From Armatimonadaceae bacterium (GTDB taxonomy: Bacteria > Armatimonadota > Armatimonadia > Armatimonadales > Armatimonadaceae), in the NCBI GenBank assembly GCA_030447685.1, contig JAUJOK010000009.1:4543-68542 (forward strand): a stretch of 64,000 nt of DNA. The letters are read 5' to 3'. Numbering within the stretch: position 1 is the stretch's first letter; each line of letters starts with the position of its first letter. Below, one piece after another: positions 38,149 through 48,056 of this stretch. The notes beneath the pieces are model-generated. The model was given only the letters and a program-made list of their open reading frames with translations, made no database searches and was not told the DNA's origin. The position numbers were made by a program, and so were the translations under genes.

Positions 38149-41100
38149 GCGCGGCCTCCTTCCCTTCAAACCAGGCGTACAGCGTGGGAAGCACGATCAG
38201 GGTCAGCAGCGTGCTGGACAGGATGCCCCCGATCACGACGGTCGCCAGCGGGCGTTGTACCTCGGCCCCGACCCCCGAAGACAGGGCCATCGGGACGAAA
38301 CCCAGGCTCGCCACGAGTGCGGTCATTAGCACGGGCCGCAGTCGTGTGTGCGCCCCTTCCCGAACTGCCTCAGGCACGTCCCGCCCCTCCTCGCGCAGCT
38401 TGTTGATGGCCGACACCAGAACCACACCGTTCAACACGGCGACCCCAAAGAGAGCAATGAACCCGACCCCCGCCGAGATGGAGAAGGGAAGCCCCCGCAG
38501 CAGCAGGGCGAGGATGCCCCCCGTGACCGCGAGCGGCACACCCGTAAAGATCATTGCGGCCTGCCTGAGCGACCCGAAGGTCATGAACAACAGCAGGAAG
38601 ATCAGCGCCAGCGCCAGGGGGACGACAATCAGGAGTCGCGTGCGCGCGCTCTGGAGGTTCTCGAACTGCCCGCCCCACTCGATGCGGTAGCCCGTGGGCA
38701 GTTTCACCTGCCCCGCCACCTGCGCCTGGGCGTCGGCGACGAATCCGCCCAGGTCGCGCCCGCGTACATTCGCCTGAACCACGACCCGACGCGCCCCCTG
38801 CTCACGGCTTACCTGCGCGGGCGAGGGACGGATGGCGATCTGGGCTACCTGGGAAAGCGAAACCCGCTCGCCGCCTGGGGCAGCGACGCGCAGCTCCTCC
38901 AGAGCGGTTATGTCGTTGCGCAGGGCCTCGGGCAGCTTCACCACGATGTCGAACCGGCGGTCCCCTTCGATCACCTGGCCCACGGTACGCCCGCCGATGA
39001 ACGCCTCAATTACCTCCTGCACGTCGGCGACGTTGATGCCGAACCGCGCGGCGGCGGCGCGGTCAATGGTGATCTCCAGCGTCGGCAGGCCCGTGGTCTG
39101 CTCCATCGTCACGTCCTCAGCCCCCGCCACCTTTCCGAGCACCGCCTGGACGCGGTTGCCCAGGCTGGATAGGGTTTCCAGGTCTTCACCAAACACCTTC
39201 ACGGCGATGTCCGCCTTCACGCCCGACACCAACTCATCCGTGCGAAGCTGGATCGGCTGCGAAAACGCGTAGCCCTGGCCTGGGACTTCCCTTTCCAGCC
39301 GCTCCTGCATCTGGGAAATGAGCTTTTCTTTGGTCAGGCCCCGCCGCCACTGCCCGCGATCCTTCAAGGTGATAATCATGTCGCCAACGCTCGGGGGCAT
39401 CGGGTCGGTGGCAAGCTCCGCGCTCCCGATGCGCGTGTAGGCGTCTACCACCTCGGGGAAGGACTTGACGACCCGCTCCGCCGCCCCGACCATAGCGACG
39501 GAATACTCGACCGATACGCCGGGGGGGCGGATGGGCTGGATCGCGATGGCTCCTTCGTCCAGGCGCGGGATGAACTCCGAGCCGAGCAGCGGAAACAGCG
39601 CGGCGCAGCCCAGGAAAAAGAGCACGCTTCCCGCCGCGACTATCCCGCGCCGCCGAAGCGCCCATTCCAGGGTCGGACGGTACAGGCGGTCCGCCGCGCG
39701 CAGGATCAGGTTGTCCTTTTCCCGCGTATCGCGGGACAGGCAAAGCGCGCAGAGCGCGGGGATAAGAGTGAGCGTCAGGATCAGCGCGCCCACGAGTGCG
39801 AGCGCGACGGTATAGGCCATCGGTCGGAACATCTTCCCCTCGATGCCCGTGAGGGTCATGATGGGCAGATAGACGATAATGATGATCGCCACGCCGAAGG
39901 TAATGGGCGTGCCGGGGTGTGCCGACCTCGCGCGCCGAGGCGAGGACGTTCTGGATCACCTCGGCGCGCGTCAGGGTGCTCCCCCGATGCTCCCGCGCCT
40001 CCGCCAGGCGACGGACAGCGTTCTCGACCATGACCACCCCGCCATCCACGATCAGGCCGAAGTCAATCGCGCCGAGCGAAAGCAGGTTGGCGGAGATGCC
40101 GAAGTGCTGCATCCCGATCACGGCGAACAGCATGGCGAGCGGAATGGTGCAGGCGACGATCAGCGCGCCGCGCACGTTGCCGAGCAGCAGGAGCAGCACG
40201 GCGACGACCAGGATGCCGCCTTCCAGCAGGTTGCGCTCAACCGTACCGATGGTCTTTTCAACCAGTTCGGTGCGGTCATAGACGGTCGCGAGTCGCACGT
40301 CGGGGGGCAGGGAAGCGCGCACCTGGCGCACCTTCTCGTCCACGGCAAGCGACACGGTGCGGGAGTTCGCGCCTTTGAGCATCATCGCGATGCCCAGGAC
40401 GGTTTCTTTGCCGTTGTGCGTGGCCGCGCCCTGGCGCAGTCCGCCGCCCTCGGTGACGGCGGCGACATCCCGCAGGAAGATCGGGGTGCCGTGTTCGGCG
40501 GCAACAACGATGCTCTCGATATCGCCCTTGTTGCGGACGACCCCGATACCCCGCACCAGCAGGCGCTCTGCTCCCTTGACGATGTAGCCGCCGCCCGCGT
40601 TCGCGTTGTTGCGCTCGACCGCTTCAATGACTTCACGCAGGGTCACACCCCGCGACAGCAGCCGCTGCGGGTCGATCTCTACCTGGTACTGCTTCTCGAA
40701 CCCGCCCTGGCTGTTTACCTCAGCGACTCCTGGCACGGTGCGAAGCTGCGGCTTGACCAGGAAGTCCTGGAGCGTACGCAATTCGGTCGGGCTGCGCTTC
40801 TCGGAGTCCAGGGTGTACTGGTAAATCTCGCCCAGCCCCGTCGAAACAGGGGCCATTTCGGGCGCGCCGACACCTTCGGGCAGGCTTTCCCGCGCTCCCG
40901 CGAGCTTCTCGCCCACGAGCTGGCGCGCGAAGTACAGGTTCACATCGTCGGCGAAGACGACCGTCACCTGGGACAGCCCGTACTGCGAAAGGGAGCGCAC
41001 CTCGGTTACATCGGGCAACCCTCCCAGTGCTACTTCGATGGGAAAGGTAACCAACTTTTCCACTTCGGCAGGCGCGAGGCCAGGAACCGCCGTGTTGATC

Positions 41101-41243
41101 TGGACCTGATTATTGGTCACGTCAGGCAGGGCGTCGATGGGCAGGCGCTGGAAAGCGACCAGCCCCCCGAGCACAAGGAAGACCGTCCCGATCAGGACGA
41201 GAAGGCGCTGCCGCACGCCAAATTCAAGGATGCGTTCGATCAT
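38132..41243 (-). pseudogene. second CzcA/CusA-family RND transporter, split by a 1-nt frameshift at a C-run near 39905
   Basis: N-terminal 'MIERILEFGVRQRLLVLIGT...ASAREVGTP' continues in another frame as 'ITFGVAIIIIVYLPIMTLTGIEGKMFRPM...'. Removing one C from 'acaccccggcacgccc' restores '...EVGTPGTPITFGVAIIII'. Confidence 0.8.
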
Positions 41244-41244
41244 T

Positions 41245-42963
41245 TTAGTGCGCGTGGCCCTCCGAAAGCTCGCCCTTCTGGGCTTCGGACTGGAGGACGA
41301 ACGCCCCCGCGACCACGACACGCTCGCCCGCCTTGAGTCCTTCCCTTATCTCTACCTGCGCCCCGCGCGTTTCGCCGACCTGGACTGTCCGCCGTTCATA
41401 GCCCTCTCCCTCGGCTACGAACACGGCCCGCGCGCCTTCTTCCCCGACGACGGCATTCTGGGGAACCAGGATCACGCTGCGCTTCGGGCCTGCCGCCAGA
41501 TGGACCTGAGCGAACATCTCGGGGCGCAGCCGTCGTCCCTGATTGCTTACCAGGCAGCGGGCGGCCAGCGCCCGCGTCTTCTCATCTACGCGGGTGGCGA
41601 GGGTACGCACCGTCCCTGGAAAGCGGACGTTCGGGTAGGCGGCAACCGTCACCTCGACCCGCTGACCTGCGCGCACACGGGCGACCTCCTTTTCAGGGAT
41701 ACTTGCCTGGACGATCACGCTGTTCAGGTTCTCGAGCAAAAACAGCGTGGTGCTGCGCTCCACGGTTTCGCCGAGCGTGGCGAGTTGCTGGGCGATCACG
41801 CCGCCGAAGGGAGCGAACAGGGTGATCTTGCCGCCGCTGCCCTCGGCGTGGCCCGTGCCCTCCAGGGCGTACAGGTTAGCCCGCGCCGCGATCAGCGCCT
41901 GCCGCGCGCCGTTCAGCGCCGTCAGCGCAGCAGCTTCCTCCTTCTGGGCGCGCCGCACGTCCTGCTGGGCACGGATGACACCCTGGCGCGCCCGCTGGAC
42001 ATCGCCCTCGGCGGCGCGCACCTCGGCCTCGGTCGCCTGCACGGCCTGACGGGACAGCAGGTCACCAGAGAACACGCGCCGCTCGCGGGCCAATGTCTGT
42101 TTGGCGTTCTCCACCCGCGCCCGTGCCCGCTCGGCCCGCGCCTGATCCTGGCGGTGTTCCAACTGGGCCTGCTCCAGCTCGGCGCGGGAAGCAATCCCTT
42201 CTTTGAAGAGCCGCTCCGTGCGCTGCAGCGCGACCAGATGGGTCTGCACCTCGGTCTGCGCGGCAAGCAATTCGAACTGGGCCTCGGACAGCTCGGATTG
42301 CGCCGCCTGGAGCGGGGCTTGTGAAAAGGCCCCTGCCCGCGCCAGCGCGCGCTGATTCCGTACGGCGACCTGCGCACTGCTCTGCCTGGTCTGGGCCTGC
42401 CGCACCTCGGCGCGGGCCTGTGCGACACCCGCCTGGGCCTGGTTGATTTCGGCGCGGGCGGTTTCCAGCCGTGCCTTCGCCTGCTGCACCGCAGACTCGG
42501 CCTGGTGCTCCGCCGCGTGCGCCTGCGCCACCTCGTAGCTGTCCAGGATCACGAGCGGCTGACCCGTGCGAACCGTGTCGCCCAGGTTGACCAGTACGCG
42601 CACCACGCGGCCCGCCACAGGGGGCGTGATCTTGGCGACGCGCTCGGTGCTGGCTTCTACCGTGCCAGGGACGGTCAGGATGTTCTGCACGGGCCGATAG
42701 CGCGCAGGCTCCACGCGGATGCCAGCGGTCTTCGCCCCTGCGGGATCAAGCCGCACATGGCCCTCTTCCCCATGCTCCTCATCGGTGTGCTTCTCTGTTT
42801 CCCCGTGTTCGTCCGCATGTTCGTCATTGCCGTGTTGCGCTTCTGCGCTTTCAGCGGCGACAGGGGTCGTGGAACGGACGCGCGACATCACCGCCGCCGT
42901 ACCCAGCGTCCCGAATAGAAAGGCCCCTGCGACCAGCAGGGGGGTCCGTCGGTTGGTGCTCAT
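41245..42963 (-). CDS. RND efflux membrane fusion protein (CzcB/CusB-like) with a His/Glu-rich N-terminal metal-binding tail
   Basis: 'AESAEAQHGNDEHADEHGETEKHTDEEHGEEGHVRLDPAGAK' then MFP domains; long QAxA coiled-coil hairpin. Confidence 0.85.
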   Translation of the reverse strand: MSTNRRTPLLVAGAFLFGTLGTAAVMSRVRSTTPVAAESAEAQHGNDEHADEHGETEKHTDEEHGEEGHVRLDPAGAKTAGIRVEPARYRPVQNILTVPGTVEASTERVAKITPPVAGRVVRVLVNLGDTVRTGQPLVILDSYEVAQAHAAEHQAESAVQQAKARLETARAEINQAQAGVAQARAEVRQAQTRQSSAQVAVRNQRALARAGAFSQAPLQAAQSELSEAQFELLAAQTEVQTHLVALQRTERLFKEGIASRAELEQAQLEHRQDQARAERARARVENAKQTLARERRVFSGDLLSRQAVQATEAEVRAAEGDVQRARQGVIRAQQDVRRAQKEEAAALTALNGARQALIAARANLYALEGTGHAEGSGGKITLFAPFGGVIAQQLATLGETVERSTTLFLLENLNSVIVQASIPEKEVARVRAGQRVEVTVAAYPNVRFPGTVRTLATRVDEKTRALAARCLVSNQGRRLRPEMFAQVHLAAGPKRSVILVPQNAVVGEEGARAVFVAEGEGYERRTVQVGETRGAQVEIREGLKAGERVVVAGAFVLQSEAQKGELSEGHAH

Positions 42964-44243
42964 TTCGTCCTCCTTGGTGCGGGGATGGAGATAGAGGATA
43001 GCAGGGCCGCAGGAACCGCACCTGTTGCCCGCTCCAGTTCGGCGCGGGACAGCGCCGCGGCAACCTGGGCGTCGATGAACTCGGTCTGCACCTGGCGAAA
43101 GGTGCGCTGGGCTTCCAGCAGGGCGACGATGTTCGTCCTGCCCTCCTCATATCCGATGCGGCTTGCGTCAAGGAGTCGCCGCGCCTGATCCAGAAGGCCC
43201 TGGGGATAGGCAGCGAGCACGGCGTCCGCCGCCCGCGCCTGGAGGAGGGATTGCTGAACCTCCTGACGCACCTGGGCACGGGTCGCTTCCGCGCGCTGCG
43301 ACTGGGCGCGCGCGGCCTCCTCGGCCTGGCGTACCCGTCCACGGCGACCGCCCCAATCCAGAAGCGGCAGCGTGATGGCGACTCCGAACCCGTTGTCCTC
43401 CACGCCGCCGCGCGTCACGCTTCCCGCGCGGTACTGAGGAGCCAGGTCGGGAAGGCCCTCAGCGCGGGCAAGACGCGCCTCCTGCCGCAACGCCTCCGCC
43501 TGCGCCTCGTCCGCCGTGATCTCGGCGCGGTTTTCCAGCGCCTGGCGGAGCAGGGCGTTGGTGTCGGCGGGGAGAGGGACGGAAGGAGGTTCTCCAGCCG
43601 AGACAGCACCGAGCGCGTGGTCGGGGTTTCGCCCCAGCAGCGTGTTCAGCGCACCCGCGCGCACTGCGGCCTCGCTTTCCGCGAGTGTCGCCTGCTGGCG
43701 GGCGCGCGTGACCTCGATACCTGTCTGGGTCTGCTCGATGGCGGGTCGCGCTCCCAGTTCGACCTGACGGCGGGCGATGCGGTCAAGGCTCTCAACGGTT
43801 TGAAGCAGGTCGCGGGTGAGCGCGGCCCGCTCGCGGGCGCGGATCAGCTCATAGTAGGCGGATCGCGTGGCAAAGACCAGGCCGCGCAGTTCGACCACGG
43901 CCTGGGCCTGCGCGCCCCGAAGCCGTGCCGTCGCGCCCCCGCGCCGTGCGGCGCGTGCGCCGTTCACCTCCAGCGGCTGCTGCACGAGCAGCTCCGTGTC
44001 AGACCCACCCTCGGTGAGCGCGGGCACGAAGGCGATCTCAGGGTTGGCGCGCGCTCCCGCCGCGCGGACTCCCTGCTGCGCGGCGGTGACCTCGCGGGCG
44101 GCGGCGGCGAGCCGTGGGTTATTTTGGACGGCAAGGGTGACGGCCTGCTCAACCGAGAGCGGCGGCATCGGCACAGGCAGCGGCGGCTGTGCCCGCGCCA
44201 GGGCGGGCGTCAGCCAGAAACACAGAAATAAAAACGTTCGCAC
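42960..44243 (-). CDS. TolC-family outer membrane efflux protein (CzcC/CusC-like OMF), second copy
   Basis: Signal 'MRTFLFLCFWLTPALARAQ'; OEP repeats. 4-nt overlap with the MFP start. Confidence 0.85.
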   Translation of the reverse strand: MRTFLFLCFWLTPALARAQPPLPVPMPPLSVEQAVTLAVQNNPRLAAAAREVTAAQQGVRAAGARANPEIAFVPALTEGGSDTELLVQQPLEVNGARAARRGGATARLRGAQAQAVVELRGLVFATRSAYYELIRARERAALTRDLLQTVESLDRIARRQVELGARPAIEQTQTGIEVTRARQQATLAESEAAVRAGALNTLLGRNPDHALGAVSAGEPPSVPLPADTNALLRQALENRAEITADEAQAEALRQEARLARAEGLPDLAPQYRAGSVTRGGVEDNGFGVAITLPLLDWGGRRGRVRQAEEAARAQSQRAEATRAQVRQEVQQSLLQARAADAVLAAYPQGLLDQARRLLDASRIGYEEGRTNIVALLEAQRTFRQVQTEFIDAQVAAALSRAELERATGAVPAALLSSISIPAPRRTK

Positions 44244-44343
44244 GAGAACCTCCTGACAATCCAGGGAGCCAGGGGCGGGCGAACAGAAAACGGGTGAAAG
44301 AAAAGGCGCGCCAACGCCCCAGGCTCAGACGACGAGGGGAATG

Positions 44344-44796
44344 TCAGGCGTGCGGGGGCGCGCGAAGGGACGGGGTAACAAGGGCGATGCTCGCGGTCGG
44401 GGGACCACGGCTATCAGCAGCGGGTACGGTCTGCGCGACCGTCTGGGGCGCGGCCCGAAGTACGAAGGGCGCGGGAAGCAGTGCGAGCGGCGGGACGAAA
44501 TGTGCCGCTGCGGGAACCATGCCCGTGGGCTGTTCGGTGGCGGCGGTGATAACCATATCGCAGCCGCAGTCGGCAGCACAGAGCGTTGTGTCGGCCCTAC
44601 TACCCGATAGCGGGCCCCAGCGTGGGTCGCGGCCCGCTGGCGTGGGGGAGGCGCAGCAGCACCCCAGCACGCTGGTGCTGCAAATCTGGCCCTCGCAGAA
44701 CCATGCCGCCGTCGCCGCCTGCGCGGTAAAGAGCGACGACAGCAGCACGGTCAGCGCCAAAATAAACGCGATGGGAACCCGTCTCACAGTTACCAT
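44344..44796 (-). CDS. signal-peptide Cys-rich small protein upstream of czcC-2, hypothetical
   Basis: 'VRRVPIAFILALTVLLSSLFTAQA' signal. Cys cluster 'WFCEGQICSTSVLGCCCASP...LCAADCGCD'. Pro/Ala-rich C-terminal part. High-GC, so a spurious ORF is possible. Confidence 0.3.
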   Translation of the reverse strand: MVTVRRVPIAFILALTVLLSSLFTAQAATAAWFCEGQICSTSVLGCCCASPTPAGRDPRWGPLSGSRADTTLCAADCGCDMVITAATEQPTGMVPAAAHFVPPLALLPAPFVLRAAPQTVAQTVPAADSRGPPTASIALVTPSLRAPPHA

Positions 44797-44879
44797 TATA
44801 CGCCAACAAGCCTCGTTCTCGAGGCTGCTTTCGGAAAGATCATCGAACGGTTGGGACGCGCATCAGGAACCGAGCGCCT

Positions 44880-45530
44880 GAGCGACGGCGCGCTCGACCT
44901 CTTGAGCGGTCGGCGACGCGTATCTCAACCCGCCGAATGGGGGGCGGCCAGATACCCTCCAAGACCGCAATGCCTGGAAGGGACTCGCATTCTATATGCT
45001 CTATGGTGAGGACACGCGCGAGCGTGGTTGGCCGCACACGGGATACCCGCTTACCCTTTCGCGAGGAGGCAACGGTGGACCCCGCCAGAATGCGATCTGT
45101 CAACAAGCTATGAGACGCGACAAATGACATCGAAGTAATCGCGGCCCGCGAGGAGGCGTTGGACGAAGAGATCGCGATCCTCCGCGGGATGATCACTCCT
45201 GCAACCAAGACAACCCTTGTAGCACGCATTGGGGCAGTATACAAATAACGGATACCTCTGGCCGCGAAGCGTGCCGATCTGGAGGCTGAATTGGCCGCAG
45301 TGGGCGACACTCCGCCTGCCTCCACCGAGAGTCCTGAGGTGGTGCGGATGCGCCTGGAGTCGGCCCTGCGTGGTTGGGATGACCTTACCGTCGCTGCACG
45401 GGCCGACAATGCGAAAATGTTGGTCGAGTGGGCGGGAGTCTTGGTCGGGGACGGATTATTCCATACCGAGTGTCTTGTCGTAGTAAAGTGGAAGCGGCGA
45501 GAGAACCCCGACATCCCGGTAGGATGGTAA
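44880..45530 (+). other. non-coding or degenerate stretch with short ORF fragments between the efflux island and the displaced MFS 3' end; possible recombinase or other mobile-gene remnant
   Basis: Fragments such as 'DIEVIAAREEALDEEIAILRGMITPATKTTLVARIGAVYK' and 'RADLEAELAAVGDTPPASTESPEVVRMRLESALRGWDDLTVAARADNAKMLVEWAGVLVGDGLF' in different frames; no intact gene. Confidence 0.25.
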
Positions 45531-45532
45531 GG

Positions 45533-46139
45533 GAATACAATAGATGATCGTGACTGGACCGAGGCGGAGGATAACTATCTTCGCTCTACTTGGCCCGACA
45601 ATCGTTCCTCGTGGTACGACGTAGCTGCTGGACTTCAGGCTGGGCGCACATACTTTACGGTTGCGCAACGTGTCAAGGCGCCGAACACGCAGATAGCCAA
45701 CCTGGCGAGCTTCGCGTCACTGTGGGCGATTGCGGGGTCGTTCTTCTGGGGGCGGTTCGTGGATCGGCGCGGGGCAGGACGCTCCGTGCTGCTTTCCATT
45801 CTGCTGATCACGGTAGTACCACTGGTCTACCTGGTGACACGCCGCGTTGAGGTACTGTTTTTCGCTTCCGCGCTGTCGGGCTTCGGCTTCGCGGGAATCG
45901 AGCTATCGTACATGCAAAGCATCCTGACCTACGCCGGGCCGGGGCGCGCGGCGCAGTACCAATCGCTGCACTCGCTGCTGCTGGGCGTCCGGGGCGTGTT
46001 AGCGCCGCTGGTCGGGGTTCCGCTGATGCACGCGCTGGGCTATCCGCGCGTCTTCATGCTCGCGTTTCTGGTTATGGCCGTGGGTGCCATGATGCAGTGG
46101 GCGGCGACGAAAAGGGAAATACCTCTCCGCCCCCAATAA
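45533..46139 (+). pseudogene. displaced high-GC 3' fragment of the MFS transporter (homologous to the C-terminal third of CDS 25101-26642)
   Basis: 'NTQIANLASFASLWAIAGSFFWGRFVDRRG...LSGFGFAGIELSYMQSILTYAGPGRAAQYQSLHSLLLGVRGVLAPL' aligns with 'NTQIANLANCTSLSAIAGSFFWGRYMDRHG...LSGFGFAGIELSYMTSILYYSEPGREAQYQALHSLLVGIRGLIAPL' of the intact gene. No start codon. Confidence 0.6.
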
Positions 46140-46180
46140 TGGGGGTACCGGAAGTGTCTCCCCCAGGCCCGCCTCTTTCT

Positions 46181-46209
46181 CCCCCTCTCCCCAAGCTGGG
46201 GAGAGGGGG
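46181..46209. terminator. GC-rich hairpin between convergent genes (terminator-like, but no U-tract)
   Basis: 'CCCCCTCTCCCCA agc TGGGGAGAGGGGG': 13-bp perfect stem. A related GGGGAGAGGGG-type imperfect palindrome also sits at 1375-1440. Confidence 0.35.
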
Positions 46210-46234
46210 CCGGGGGGTGAGGGCAGGAGAGAGG

Positions 46235-47851
46235 TTACGCCTTAGCCGCAGGGTCGCGGGCGTCGCGAGTTTCCGGTGCGCCGATGATGGTCTCGACGCC
46301 CAGGAAGTCGTCCAACTGCGCGTCGTCGTGGCGGCGGATGAATTCATAGAACTCTTCGCCGTCCTGCTTCTGCGCGTTAAACGCGTTCAGCAGATTCTCA
46401 ATCGCATACTTCACCTTGTCGGCGGGCACTTTGCGGTGGATAGCCCGCGTGAACGTCCGGTTCTGGCCCAGCGTTCCGCCTAAATGGATGTCGTAGGCTT
46501 CGACCTGCTCGGTCTGACCCGGAATACGCGCCTTGCAGCCCTGAAGCCCGATATCGCCGACATGGTGCTGGGCGCAGGAGTTCGGGCAGCCGTTCATGTT
46601 GATGCGGATGTTGCGGTCGAACTCCACCCGGTTTTCCAGGTGCGTCACGATGTTGGTCATGCGCGCCTTGGTCTCCGTAATCGCCAGGTTGCAGAACTCG
46701 ATGCCCGTGCAGGCGATAGCGCCGCGCCGGACGGAGTGCCCGCCCCACTCGAAGCCCGCCTCTTTGAGCGCCTCCAGCGCCAGGTCCACGTTCTCATCCG
46801 GGACATTGGGCAGAAGCAGGTTCTGCATATGGCTGGTGCGTACCTCGCCGTTGCCATACCGCTCCGCGATGTCGGCCAGGCTGCGAATCTGATCCCCCTG
46901 CACGCGCCCGGTCAGAATGCTCAGCCCGATCCAGTTCAGGCCGCGCTGCTGCTGCCGGTGGACGCCGACATGGTCACGGTAGATATTGCCGGGGGCGTTG
47001 TCCGCCGCGCCGCGAACCGGATCGTAGCCGAGGTACTCGACCAGAACCTCGCGGAACTTTTCCGGCCCCCAGTCGGCCATCAGGAACTTCAGGCGCGCGT
47101 GGGTGCGCTTGGCGCGGTAGCCGTGGTCACGGAAGATAGCGGTAACGGCGCGCGTGGCATCCACCACCTGATCCGGCGTGAACCAGGCATCCAGCCACGG
47201 CGCGAAGTGCGGCTGCGTGGACAGCCCGCCCGCCGCGCGCAGGCCGTAGCCGACTTCGCCCGTCTCCGGGTGGCGCACAGCGACCAGCGAAAAGTCATGG
47301 ATCTCCGGCTGGCAGCACTGCTCCGGACAGGCCGTGACGGAAAGCTTGTACTTGCGCGGCAGGTTGGAAAACTCTTTGTTTCCTTTTAAATGCTCATGAA
47401 TCGCCAGGATCGCCGGGCGCGGGTCGATCAGTTCATCCGGGTGCAGGCCGGATACGGGGCAGGAGACGATGTTGCGGGGAATATCGCCGCACGCGCCCAT
47501 CGTGGTGATACCGACGCGGTTCAAGCGCGCGACGATTTCGGGAATGTCCTGGATAGTCAGCCAGTGCCACTGAAACGTCTGGCGCGTCGTCACATCCGCG
47601 AAGCCCCGCGCATACTGGTCGGTAATATCGGCGATCTCCCGAAGCTGCTCGACATTGGCGAGACCGCCCGGCAGCTTGAGGCGCATCATAAAGTGGCCGA
47701 CTTTGGGCAACTGCTGATACACGCCATACCACTTAAAGCGGTCAAAATCGCCGGGATCGATGCTCTCGAAGCCGGTCTTGGCGTAGCGCTCGATGTCCGC
47801 CCAGACATCCAGACCGTCCTTCTCCTGCTTCAGTACTTCCACCTTATTCAT
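46235..47851 (-). CDS. ferredoxin-dependent nitrite/sulfite reductase (siroheme/4Fe-4S hemoprotein)
   Basis: 539 aa from 'MNKVEVLKQEKDGLDVWADIERYAKTGFESIDPGDFDRFKWYGVYQQ'. Two NIR_SIR_ferr plus NIR_SIR domains; Cys cluster 'CTGIEFCNLA...CPNSCAQH'. RBS 'aggaaag'. Confidence 0.9.
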   Translation of the reverse strand: MNKVEVLKQEKDGLDVWADIERYAKTGFESIDPGDFDRFKWYGVYQQLPKVGHFMMRLKLPGGLANVEQLREIADITDQYARGFADVTTRQTFQWHWLTIQDIPEIVARLNRVGITTMGACGDIPRNIVSCPVSGLHPDELIDPRPAILAIHEHLKGNKEFSNLPRKYKLSVTACPEQCCQPEIHDFSLVAVRHPETGEVGYGLRAAGGLSTQPHFAPWLDAWFTPDQVVDATRAVTAIFRDHGYRAKRTHARLKFLMADWGPEKFREVLVEYLGYDPVRGAADNAPGNIYRDHVGVHRQQQRGLNWIGLSILTGRVQGDQIRSLADIAERYGNGEVRTSHMQNLLLPNVPDENVDLALEALKEAGFEWGGHSVRRGAIACTGIEFCNLAITETKARMTNIVTHLENRVEFDRNIRINMNGCPNSCAQHHVGDIGLQGCKARIPGQTEQVEAYDIHLGGTLGQNRTFTRAIHRKVPADKVKYAIENLLNAFNAQKQDGEEFYEFIRRHDDAQLDDFLGVETIIGAPETRDARDPAAKA

Positions 47852-47891
47852 GGGAAACTTTCCTCTTAAAAGCCGATTGCAATGGTCAAGT

Positions 47892-47920
47892 ATTGTAACA
47901 TGGGGGGCAGGCAGTGTCAA
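47892..47920 (-). promoter_or_regulatory. sigma70-type promoter for the nitrite/sulfite reductase gene
   Basis: On the minus strand, TTGACA, 17 nt, then TACAAT ('cttgcTTGACActgcctgccccccatgtTACAATacttgacc'), about 40 nt upstream of the ATG. Confidence 0.55.
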
Positions 47921-48056
47921 GCAAGAGTGCAGGATTACCCCGGAGCTATCGCCGGTCGGAGAAGTGATGACCAGACCAGGAACGAACTATATCGCATGGC
48001 CTTACCTGGTCTAACCGCGCTGCTTATGAGCAACGTGATATCGAGTCTCTATGGTT

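Noticed and set aside
39234-41321. Treating the 695-aa and 586-aa minus-strand ORFs as two separate RND-related genes
   Set aside because: They are the N- and C-terminal halves of one CzcA/CusA-type transporter joined by a 1-nt indel in a C-run. The downstream part of the 695-aa ORF translation is Arg/Pro/Gly-rich junk.
39879-44231. Plus-strand ORFs of 485, 403 and 326 aa across the second czc operon
   Set aside because: Antisense to RND-2, MFP-2 and OMF-2.
46484-47389. 301-aa plus-strand ORF
   Set aside because: Antisense to the nitrite/sulfite reductase gene.
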